DNA from: Cyanophora paradoxa CCMP329
Lineage: Eukaryota; Plantae; Glaucophyta
NCBI GenBank assembly: GCA_004431415.1
Contig: QPMI01000050.1
Location: 1 to 64,000, forward strand
Direction of reading: 5' to 3'
Length of the DNA stretch: 64,000 bases
Shown in pieces: positions 23,510 to 33,662 of the stretch (positions are counted from its first letter, which is position 1; each line of letters starts with the position of its first letter). The notes under the pieces are model-generated. The model worked only from the letters and a program-made list of their open reading frames with translations, did no database searches and had not been told where the DNA came from. Both the position numbers and the translations under genes were made by a program.

Positions 23510-24895
23510 ATGCCAGCAACTGGAAGAATAGTTAGGAGAACCACTGAGCAACTGCAAGGAAACCTACTGCCCATCACAGTTCCAAAGGAGGAAAAGGGGG
23601 AATCTCGAATTGTAAAAAAGTCTGAAATGAAAGAGCTTGTCCCAGTAGAGATTCCAGTTGCTATTGCAGTGAAAGAAACAAGCAAGATTGCCAAGAGATT
23701 CTATGATGTGAGAACTGGTTACAAAGGGCTTCAAGCTATGAGGGCTGAGTTACCAGATGAATCCTATAAGCAGTTGCAAGAGTTCTATAAAAAACAAGAG
23801 GTAGTTCAGATCAATGCACCTGCTATATCTAGGAAGAGAGATCCCATGGTCCCAATTAGGCAACCCCTTGATACCTATGTGATTGATTTGCTCTTTTTCC
23901 CAGCTTATAAGAAACAAAACAATGGCTATGATACCTTTATGACTGCAATGGAATCTACACTGAGAACTGGGTATATCATACCTATAAGGGATAAATCAGC
24001 TCTCACTACATTAGCTGCATTTAAACAGCTTGAAATGAGAGTAGCAAGACCCATAGTAAAAGTTCAATCAGATGCTGGGAGTGAATTCCAAAATCGAATA
24101 TTCCAGGAGTATTTATCTAGTAAATTCATAGAACACCAAGTGAGTGGAACTGCTGACCATAGAAGCCAAGGTCGAATTGAAGCCTTTAACAAGCAGATTA
24201 AGAGACTGATCACAAACTATTGCATAGCTAATAACACAGCTAGATTCTTTGATGTGTTAGGTGATATTGAGTATAATTACAATAATACAGTTCACTCAGC
24301 TACTAAGATGAAGCCAGGCGAAACTACAGAGGAGCATTATAGGTATATAGTGGGATTAGAAGATGAAAGATTCAAGAAATCAATAGCTTACCTTGATACC
24401 ATGCAGCCTGGCATGTTTGTTAGAGTGAAAGTTGAGAAGAACCCCTTTGCTAAACAGGGTAACAATTGGTCTAGGATGGTTTACACTGTTGATAGTAGGG
24501 AAGGCTTTAAGTTTAAGCTAAGGAGTCCCACTGGTGAGATCATAGAAAACAGGTTTGCTTTCCATGAGCTGTTGCCTGTGAATGCAGTTGAATATCTAGA
24601 AACCCCTACAGTGGATGCCTTGGAGCAAGCTAAAGAGGAAGCCAGGGCTGATGCTGCTATAAGGAGAGAAGGCATAGAAGCTGCTAATGAAGTCCCAGAT
24701 AAGCCTTTGATAGAGGCTAGAAAGGAGAAGGCTGGGAAAGTTAACAGGGAACTCAAAAAGCTCACTATAGCAGGGACACAGAAACTTTCTGAGGTTAATA
24801 GCCAGAGATGGTATAATGACTTTCAGACTACTAAGGAGTCATATACAGCCCCTAAACCTCAGAGAACACTAAGAGAAAGGACCAAAACTAGCTAG
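23510..24895 (+). CDS. Retroviral-type (rve) DDE integrase, Polinton-like
   Basis: YVIDL (D), QSDAGSEF (D), RIEAFNKQIK (E), YNNTVHSATKMKP, FAKQGNNWS. Confidence 0.93.
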   Translation: MPATGRIVRRTTEQLQGNLLPITVPKEEKGESRIVKKSEMKELVPVEIPVAIAVKETSKIAKRFYDVRTGYKGLQAMRAELPDESYKQLQEFYKKQEVVQINAPAISRKRDPMVPIRQPLDTYVIDLLFFPAYKKQNNGYDTFMTAMESTLRTGYIIPIRDKSALTTLAAFKQLEMRVARPIVKVQSDAGSEFQNRIFQEYLSSKFIEHQVSGTADHRSQGRIEAFNKQIKRLITNYCIANNTARFFDVLGDIEYNYNNTVHSATKMKPGETTEEHYRYIVGLEDERFKKSIAYLDTMQPGMFVRVKVEKNPFAKQGNNWSRMVYTVDSREGFKFKLRSPTGEIIENRFAFHELLPVNAVEYLETPTVDALEQAKEEARADAAIRREGIEAANEVPDKPLIEARKEKAGKVNRELKKLTIAGTQKLSEVNSQRWYNDFQTTKESYTAPKPQRTLRERTKTS

Positions 24896-26037
24896 TTTGC
24901 TAGGCAAAAACTCGTTTTTTCCAAATATATGTATGACTGATATACATATATGCACATGATATACACATAGTCTTGTAGATCTTCTCAAGCGCTTCACAGC
25001 GATATGCAGAACGTTGCGTTTTGATGATCTGGTGATGAGATATAACAGTTTGAAGATGAAAAAGTCACTTGCCATAGTAGACTTGGTGAGACACTAGCTC
25101 AGGAATCGACTTGACTGAAAAGCGTTTTTGGCTCAGCGGTTAAGACGCTTGGATTTCCGAGTCGCAGTTCAAATCCGCTCGGGAACCTTTACTTCGTTCG
25201 CCGTGAAACTTGAAAAGTAAAAAAAAAACGCGGTTTTTTCTAGATTAATGCTGTACCCGTCTGGAAAATCAATATTCACGTTTGCTGCGATATCTCAACA
25301 CCAACTTATCAAATCGATGCGCTTTAAACGTCATAAAATCGAGCATTTCAAGGCGGTCTGAGCGCTTATCAGCCATATCGACATTTCGATAACCCTGACT
25401 CGAAATCGCGATGAAACCGATTTTGAATTTTGATTTTAAATTCGATTAAAATGCATTAAACGTGAGTTTTTAATATAGATCACCAGGAAGTTATCAAATC
25501 GATGCACTGGCGGTAAAATATAATCACATATATAATACATAACAATAACTTGCAATCACATATACGAATCTCGATGTGTATACATCGCTATTATGATTAA
25601 AGCGAGTTTTGAAATTCAAAATAATTAGATTAAATTCGATTATAACTCAAAAATCGCGATTTTTAACCATATACTTATCGTTTCGATCAAATTATGATAT
25701 CGAATAATCAACTATATTATAATGCTTCGATAAACGTGATCACATATATGAAAACATCAATCTAACATTGCATGTAGTAAGCATCTCCCCTTGATTCCCC
25801 CTATTATATTATATTTATATTTAAGTGGACTCAAGGTTGACTCATATTAATCGTAAAAGTAGTAATAGTATATGGATTTTGTTACGAATTCAATGCAAGG
25901 GTTGACTAAGTGGGTTGAGTTGACTCAAATTTCACAGGAAATAACAATGAATCAGAGTATAAATGCATTTTTGAATCAACTACACCAACTAACACTGAGA
26001 TTTTAACAATGAATGAGGTCCTTACTGAATATGGTAT

Positions 26038-26140
26038 GTGTGACAGGTGTGACAGGTCTATCCCGTGGATTTTCAAAATCAATTTCTCACTAGGACTTTC
26101 CTTGGGATGGACCTGTCACACCTGTCACACCTGTCACACC
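26038..26140. other. Inverted-iteron element copy 2 (putative replication origin)
   Basis: (GGTGTGACA)x2, the first unit one base short, GGTCTATCCC - 39-bp spacer - GGGATGGACC (TGTCACACC)x3; same orientation as copy 1. Confidence 0.6.
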
Positions 26141-26391
26141 CAATTATTTCAAAAATCCTAAGGGTCCCCCCTTAGAATCATTAAAACATGATAAAAACAT
26201 ATAAGTTTCATGTATAATTACGATTGGATTCAATAAGAGATCGATTTGTTTTATTTAACAAATGAATCATTTTTTACAAAATATGAAAATATCGAAAAGA
26301 ATACAAAATAATCGAAATAAATGAATATTCGATAAGATATACACAGATTATCGATTGATTGAAATAGAATATACGAGATATATCAACAAAA

Positions 26392-26892
26392 TCAATTAAG
26401 ATTAAGCCGAGGGTTAAAACTCCGCATTTTACTATGTGTCTCTTCACCAAATGCATTGTGTGCTGTTTCAATGTACGCCTTCAAAATCGCAGGCAAGCGT
26501 GAGAGGAAATGTGGTGATCCGCGTGCTTCTGTGTCAGCTCGGATAAGTGCTCGCAATGTCCTAGCGAACCTGTCAATAATTCCAAGTTTGTTACCTTTAG
26601 AAATGTGGTCATCTTTGGTAACATCAGTGTGCATTTTCAACGAGTTCTCTTCGGCCATTGCCCGAATTGCTGCTGTGTTAAAACCGTTGTCGGCGGAGAA
26701 ACCCCAGATCCCTGGTAGCTCCGCGATCATTTTTGGAAGTTGTTTGAATGTTTCTATTTTTCGCACGATAGCGAAACGGGTTGCAATCTCGACCGCTGCA
26801 AACAGACGATACCTACCAATAAATAATACATCAATTTGCCAGACACCCGGTGGAGCTGTTATCGTGTACATTCTTCTAATTGTCACACACAT
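26392..26892 (-). CDS. Minimal rve integrase core (~160 aa)
   Basis: WQIDVLF, VEIATRFA, SADNGF, GIIDRFARTLR and AYIETAHNA align to the rve core. Start at ATG 26892 or 26871. Confidence 0.75.
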   Translation of the reverse strand: MCVTIRRMYTITAPPGVWQIDVLFIGRYRLFAAVEIATRFAIVRKIETFKQLPKMIAELPGIWGFSADNGFNTAAIRAMAEENSLKMHTDVTKDDHISKGNKLGIIDRFARTLRALIRADTEARGSPHFLSRLPAILKAYIETAHNAFGEETHSKMRSFNPRLNLN

Positions 26893-26969
26893 AAAAAGTT
26901 TTTGGTGGATATCGCGTGAATATGCCTTAAAAAGATTGTGATTATGATTAATAATAAAGTGATATTGTA

Positions 26970-27260
26970 ATGGAGGCGGAAAACTGTTTGGCACGCAAGC
27001 GTGGTCGTCCTCCAAAGTCTATGTCTCCGGAAGTAATAGAAGAGATGAAGAAGAATCGATCAGCAGCGGTAAAAGCTCGTTATCATTCAGATGAGGAATT
27101 TCGTAAGCGCAAACTACAAGCGACGTATGAATATCAGGAAAGAAATATTGAACGTAAAAGGGAACAATGTCGTAATTATAGACGTCGGCAAAGACAATTG
27201 CTTCTAACTTTATTGGAAAAGTTTGGTGCTCAATCGGTTGAGGTAGTTTCAGCAGCCTAA
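26970..27260 (+). CDS. Small basic AT-hook protein
   Basis: RKRGRPPK, then KARYHSDEEFRKRK..RNYRRRQR. Confidence 0.7.
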   Translation: MEAENCLARKRGRPPKSMSPEVIEEMKKNRSAAVKARYHSDEEFRKRKLQATYEYQERNIERKREQCRNYRRRQRQLLLTLLEKFGAQSVEVVSAA

Positions 27261-27290
27261 TGTTTGGAGGTTCGCTGCAAACTTCTTTTT

Positions 27291-30200
27291 TCAAATACGA
27301 GTGCGACAATGTCCAAGCGCCATTGTTTCTACGCCATTATCGCAAAGCCAGCGTTTTGTATCTAGCGAATGTAGTGCCTGTTTTGAGGTTTCTTGCACAT
27401 AAACACGATGTTTCTTTGAGCGCATACCTCGAATTCCATTCACTTCACATGATAAGTATAGTTTCTGTCCATCTACAACTTTACCAAGAACACAATCAAT
27501 ATATCTTTCCCGTGTAAGCTGGTCGGCAAAGCTTTTAGAAATCCCTTGCATCGACGCTCTTGCTTACCACTGTCGATCTGATACCAATAACTCTTAGGTC
27601 TGTTCGCGATGAATTCTACCATTTGCTTACCATTGCACTCATCTTTGAAATTGCCAAGGGCTGTCGATTCTTTCTTCATGGTGGCAATTTCTTCGTCCGA
27701 CATTCCTGCAAAGAATCGATGTGACTCCGGATATTTGCTAACATCTAAAAGGTGACTTATATTTTTCAGATCAGCGTACAAATCATCTGTCTCAATTCTA
27801 AGGATTAGCGAGTCAGTATCCGTTGCAAGCAATTTAACACGCGGACCCCAGAGCGGTTTTAGTTGCTCGTAATACATTTTAAACATGTGTAGTTTTGACA
27901 TTTCCAAAACACTGAATCCACTGTATATCGGTTTGTTTAATTTGACTTGTGAACGCCGTTTAGAGATAAATACAAGATCCTCATCATATTTGACAATTTG
28001 CTTCAATAAATTTGGTTGTGCGGCAATTTTTGACAGTCTGACACTATCAGTCACAAGCTCCGCATCGCAATGCTTTCTCACGTTTTCCATATTTTTGCCG
28101 TATAATGCATTAGTCTTGAGTTTGAATAGATCTCGCACATGATCAAAGGTTGCGGCCTGACGCATTTCGGCATTTTTTCCACATACGGTTTCATCCAAGC
28201 AGTCTGCTTGTACGTAATAACACGATGAATTTTACTCACCACAAAACCTTGACTTCTGTAAAATTTGAGTAGTCTCCCATCAACAACATATTTCTTCAAT
28301 GGAAGCAGACTTGGAATAAGCTTTCGCGTCTTCATCTGAATGCAATCCTTTTTAATCATATCCTGTTGTGATCTAGATAGCATCGTTGGATCTACAATCA
28401 TTGATACTGGCGCAATCGGGTAATCATTAAATTTCTCGTGAAGCTCATCTGGAATGTAAGCATCAATTTCAAGCGTTGCTCCTATATCACCGTCATAATC
28501 GAAACCATCATGGTCAAAGGTTTCTGGATCAACCCATTTAAAATCTCCAATCGGATGTTTCTCTAACATCGCATATCCATACAACGAATTTGCATCTATA
28601 TAGTACAGATATACTGATGGTTTGGATGGATCATAATCAACCATGTCCTTATTGTTCGCTTTTGCATATCGATTTGACACCATTGAAATACCACCACGAA
28701 TACCTGTCTCGAAGAATCTGAACATATCCTCTTGACCCTCATGCAACAGCTGTAATTGCCCACCTGTATATTTTAGAGCAGCATCCCAACTAAAGCCTGG
28801 TAGTGACATGTAATATGCAGGATCTATGCCATCTGTAGCGCGAGATGTTTCCCGATACGCTTGAAACACATCTGATAGTAACGTTATATCAAGTTTCATA
28901 TAAGCAATCGTGTAATCTAACATTGTCTTACATTTCAGCTTTTTCCAAACCTTCTGTGCGTGCTCATAATCTTCAAGCTTGCACTTTTCGTTTTTCAAGT
29001 CATTGTGAAACGCCTCTATCGGAGGTAGCTTACGGTCTGCAAGCCGCTGCCAGGAATTTACGTAGCTGTAGGGATAGATGCCCTTTCTTGTCATCAAATT
29101 AAACGTTTCCGCATCGGGACATAACTCGCGAGTTTGCTTTTTCAGTTCATCTGGAAGCGATGCCGCTAGCTTTTCGAGCGTTGCTGATAGATGTTGCATG
29201 CTGTCGCGGAATACGTAAATGCCGTACTCAATTTGACTCATTTTCTCGGAGTTTTGGAACATCACTTCGAAACGATTTGAAAGCGGTGTCTCAGATCTCT
29301 CGAATTTGATTTTTTCTTTAACAAGCTGGTTCTTGATAAATCCTGGAACTCGTTTCTCATACTCCTCAGCATTTATGCTCAGTTTGTTCATCGTCCATTC
29401 CCTCACGCTTTGATTTTGATATGTCTTCTCAAGTCGTGTTCGGACTGATCCAAGTTTTCAATCAACTTTTTCTTAAATTCAATATGTGCGGCATGTCTAC
29501 GAACACTTCCCTTTGCAATTGCGCGGATCAGCAAATGCGAATCAAATCCTCGAGCATTGTGAGCAATCAAGAAAACACGTTTTGATTTGAATCTTCTACG
29601 GTTGCAGCCAGGACAAGCAGCACCTTTGAAATCACCATTATCGTGATCGTGGTCCCAAACCTTTTTGATCTTCTCGCTGAATTCAACGTTACAGATATAG
29701 CAACTAGTAGCTGAATCAAACGTTTGCTTTGCAACATCTGTTTTTATCGCTGGTACCGATGCATTTAGCCCTTTCTTTAAAGTTGGTTCCATTGAATCTA
29801 GCCATTCAACAAACCTCTCCTCACATCTACGTCCGCTATTTACGTGCCAATATTTTGTATCATCATTGCCTGTGATCAAACATCCAACAGCAGCTGGTAT
29901 TTGACATGCAATTTCCTCTGTCTTTCCATTTTTCACAGAGTTCGTAGACATTGCAAGTGTTTCAAAATCATAGGCTCCAACATATCGTGCCGTTATCGTA
30001 TTCGCATGGTTCAGGAATTTCAATGTTGAACGGTCGGGTTTTGGAAGCACATCACGGCCATGTTCGTCTCGTTCGAGGCATCTGTCTTCTTCGATGTGTT
30101 TCTGAAGAGCATCATCACCGCGAAATCCTTTTTGACAAGCGAGACAATAGCTGCGTGCGTTCTTGTCAATTCCAGGACGAGAAAACATTCGACTCACGTT

Positions 30201-31331
30201 CTTGATCCAAACGAAGTGGCCATAACTACCTTCGCCAGTCACGAATAGCAGAGGAATAGCATCTCGAGCCGCTGAAATATAATATGGAGTGATATCTAGC
30301 TTTTCATTATCAGCCACATACACGCATAGCTTCAGATTGTTTGCCTCTTCAAACCGACGGAATATCTTTGAATCAAGCGGGACAGGATAACTGAGCATTG
30401 ATGTGTTGATCGTACTTAGGTGCTCTCTGTACTTGGCAGCACGTTGAGCATGCCGATCGACTGGGAACTTTGCGGATAAAACTGAATACGTAAAACACAT
30501 ATTATCTGGTGCCTCCACGTTTATGACTGCGTTCTTCTTGCTAATCCATGATGGAAGTTCAAATGATGCGCCACCAACGGCGCGGACATGTTCTAGACTT
30601 TGTATGTAAAAATACGTCCACGTTTCTAACTCCCAGCTGTCATTCTCCTGTTCAGCTCTTCCATCGATCTCAACACATCTGTCACGCAGCTCAACTTCAA
30701 TGTTTGCACCGGGGAGGATACGGTAGAATTGATCTTCACTGATTTCATCTGTTTTGAAGCGGTTAGTAAAACCTTCTGTGCCATTCTGCCTATGCTTAAA
30801 AATACCTTTTGCATATACCTTTATAGATAGCCCCATTCGTGTTTCATTCGCCGCAGTCAATCGCTCAGTTATGAAACGCTCAAATTTTGCTTTGAAATCT
30901 GGGGTGTTCGCCATGTACGACGCGAGCGATGTAACTCTTAGACCGTTCGGCCTGATGATCGCAGCGCTTTCGAGTGCGTATATTCCATCTAGTGCCGTCT
31001 CGCGTGAACCATCTCCAGCAAGTTCCTCATTTGGCTGTCCAGGGAGTTCATTGAAAAGTGCTACCAGTTCAGCTTGGTTCTCAGCGATGATTATCTGCAC
31101 AGTTCGCTCTGAGGCACGTCTCGTTTGTCCGACTACAGCAGCGAGCATTGAAAGCACATCAACAGTTCGTTGCAGCGTCACAAGTCGAGTTCGAGATCCT
31201 GGTGATGAGATTCGGAGTAATTTGTTTCGATATAGTCCATGAATACGTCTACGCTCATACAAAGTTTGTGCTAGACCTACGATCTGTTGTTTTAATAACG
31301 CTATCTGACGACGACGAGCAAATTGATTCAT
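27291..31331 (-). CDS. Protein-primed family B DNA polymerase 2 (exonuclease intact; three single-base frameshifts)
   Basis: ExoI YDFET, ExoII HNARGFDSH, RKGIYPYSY, ExoIII YMKLD. Polymerase motifs YIDANSLYG, KLKTNALYGK, ATDTDSL, RPKSY. EndoVII-like insert. Frames join near 29,405, 28,175 and 27,545. Confidence 0.93.
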
Positions 31332-31449
31332 TTTGAAAGTGTCGCTAGAAATAAATTTCGGTTGATCAGCGCGATCTCTTATATCATTTTATATTGTTGC
31401 TGAAACCTCTAAGACATAGTTATAACCTGAACCTAAACTTGGACTACGT

Positions 31450-32270
31450 CATCGGTGGGAATAATTAGCGTCTAGCTAGAACCTGAACTCGAGTATGTAA
31501 TTAGATTCCGATGATATAGTAATTACGTGTAGCATAACCCTTGAAACCTCTTTGTTTTTTAGATTCGAAATACACACAATTAACGTCTAAATGATGTTGA
31601 AGATGATTCTGAGACCGGCGCTTTGGGGGTCCGCCTCAAATCATTGCTATATCTTTTGCAAGATCGATCGGTCTAGACGTTGGATATTACCTAGCGGTTG
31701 CTGTTTGGAAGGAGAGGTAGACCAGAGGGAGAGGAAGGTGGTAGACGTAAGGAGAGAGTGGACGGAAGTGGTGGTTGGGAAGGCGTTGGAGTGGGTGGGT
31801 TGGGGTGGGTTTGGAGGAGTGAGGGTGAGAAAGAGGGGGGTGGGCTGGCACCCCCACTATCTCATTTCGAAATACACACAATTAACGTCTAGAATTGAGC
31901 TAAACGTGTTTCCTCTGTTAGCTTCATTGTACTCATTAATATCGTCTAGAATTGAGCTAAACATGTTTTCTCTGTTAGATTCAAAGTACACAAAATTAAC
32001 GTCTAGCTGTATCTGAAGATTATTCTGAGACCGGCGCTTTGGGGGTCCGCCTAAAATCACTGCTATATCTTTTGCAAATCGATCGGACTAGACGTTAGAT
32101 ACTACCTAGCGGTTGCTGGATGGTTGGTTTGGAGAGGTTGTGGTGGTAGACGTAACGAAGGGATGGAAGAGAATGTGTGTTGGAAGGCGTTGGAGTGTGT
32201 GGGTTGGGGTGGTTTGGAGGAGTGAGGGTGAGAAAGAGGTGGGTGGGCTGGAACCCCCACTATCTCATTT
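31450..32270. repeat. Terminal region: two tandem ~416-bp units, each with three ~57-bp subrepeats plus a G-rich block ending CCCCCACTATCT
   Basis: cgtcta-like anchors at 31469/31526/31584 and 31886/31943/32000. The block ctgagaccggcgctttgggggtccgcct occurs twice. Confidence 0.85.
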
Positions 32271-33662
32271 TTTTCTTATGCTTTATTGGACTTCCTTGTA
32301 TATTCAAATAACGAGTTTCCCTTTCGTTCTCTTTCGGTTGCGCATTAGAAATTTACCTTCGGTTTGGGCGTATGCGCACGCGTTTCTCTCTTGATCATGA
32401 GCTTAATGTTGATCATGAATCTGCTTCTCTGCGGAATCGTTGTATTTGTGTACGTGCGATCTTGTATAATTTCACTACCTACGACGGGAGGGCCCCCCGA
32501 CTCCGGGATCCCCCTGCCGTGGTTTGACTGGTCACGACTGTTTTGAATGACGTGACTCATGGCGTCGACTAGCCTGGCAGAGCTAGCTGGGCGCCCCGGC
32601 GGGCCTCCTGGGCGCCCCGAAGCCTTGAAGGACGAGGCGGCGGCGGCCCGCGGGCCGGCCGCCGCCGCGCCGGGGCGCGGCCCCAGTACTTGTCCGACGG
32701 TCCTTGGGGCCCGTAGACGCGCGCCCCCTCCGCGCAGTCCGACGGTCGCGCGGCGCTCGAGTGAGCGGGGGCTTCTTTTCATTCCGAATTATCTTGCAAT
32801 TGAATTTAAAACTTGAAAGAAGACCTGAGCTTGCAATTGGGCTTCATGATCAACTTGCACTTGGCAGTTGCAAGGTCTCAGAGTCTACTAGGCTAAGCTT
32901 AAACTTGCCGCAGCGCCGCGAGCTGAACGGTTGCGAGCCGTCGTAATCATGATCGATATCCGATGATCATGAGTCACTGAGTCACTGAGTCATGCATCTG
33001 AATCAAATCCCGGAGTCCCGCCGTGCACGTGGCCCAGCCTGGCCCCGGGCAGTGGCATTCGATGATCCGTCATGAGCGTCTACACCGTGGCGCCGCCATG
33101 CTGCCCGGGCCGGGCAAGATGCGCAGGGCTTTTCAAGTTTGAGGCTTGGGCGAGGATATCCTCAATATTTAACTCATTGAGCGAAAAGACAGGTCATCAT
33201 CAGATACACAGAGAGCGCGCGCTACAGACTGCCGAGATGAAACTCGCTGCGGTGGGCATTTCTACGGATGTTACAGCGCCGGGCCTCTCCCCGAGGCCGG
33301 CGTCTAAAGACGCAGTTCACGGACTGCTACTACTGCTCAGGCCTGGCCTAAAATGCTGCGTGTTCGAATTCCTGGTCCTCTGCGCGAAGCATTTTTGTAC
33401 AAGCTAGCAACGCAAGTGCTACACAAGCTGAAAGATCAAACGACGATCATTAAACTAAAATCCGATCTGGGCCCCAGGAAAGTTCTTTCTCAATTTCCTA
33501 AGCGGGAAAAAGCGAGAGAGCGGGAGATAGAGGAGGAAGAAGAGAGAGAGAGAAAAAAAGCTCAAGGGGGCGCTCGGCCGGCGGCCGGGCCCGGGGCGGA
33601 GCCGGCAGCCGAGCAAGCAAGCTGGCGGGCGCGCGGGCAAGCAGGCGGCGGCGCCGCCGCGT

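Larger units (their letters stand above)
1..32265. mobile_element. Endogenous Polinton-like virus / polintovirus (composite; left end outside window)
   Basis: AT-rich, intronless, gene-dense block with hallmark genes (DJR-type MCP, penton-like mCPs, A32 ATPase, pPolB, rve integrase, SF3 helicase). Abrupt switch to GC-rich intron-containing host DNA at about 32.3-32.55 kb. Right boundary placed at the last CCCCCACTATCT of the terminal repeat (approximate). Confidence 0.92.
24950..32265 (-). mobile_element. Capsid-less mini-Polinton-like module (pPolB + minimal integrase + AT-hook protein), inverted relative to module A
   Basis: Second set of pPolB and integrase genes on the minus strand. CpG is abundant in all contexts, unlike 1-24.9 kb. 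Left boundary is inferred from composition only; no TIR or TSD was seen. Confidence 0.6.

Noticed and set aside
24900-26400. Left TIR of module B matching the 31.45-32.27 kb terminus
   Set aside because: No inverted copy of the terminal unit was found. Only an 11-bp match (ATAAGAGATCG at about 26233 versus 31372) exists, which could be chance.
20860-29410. Programmed ribosomal frameshifting in the pPolB genes
   Set aside because: The breaks fall at different positions in the two paralogs and inside conserved domains, and they are matched by similar indels throughout the element. Sequencing error is the simpler explanation.
1-32265. Classification as a virophage (Lavidaviridae) or a canonical animal Maverick
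   Set aside because: No adenain-like maturation protease is recognisable in the window, and the penton and MCP motifs look PLV-like. The missing left part prevents a final call.
31591-32394. ORFs inside the terminal repeat
   Set aside because: They are low-complexity translations of the G-rich repeat with no coding evidence.
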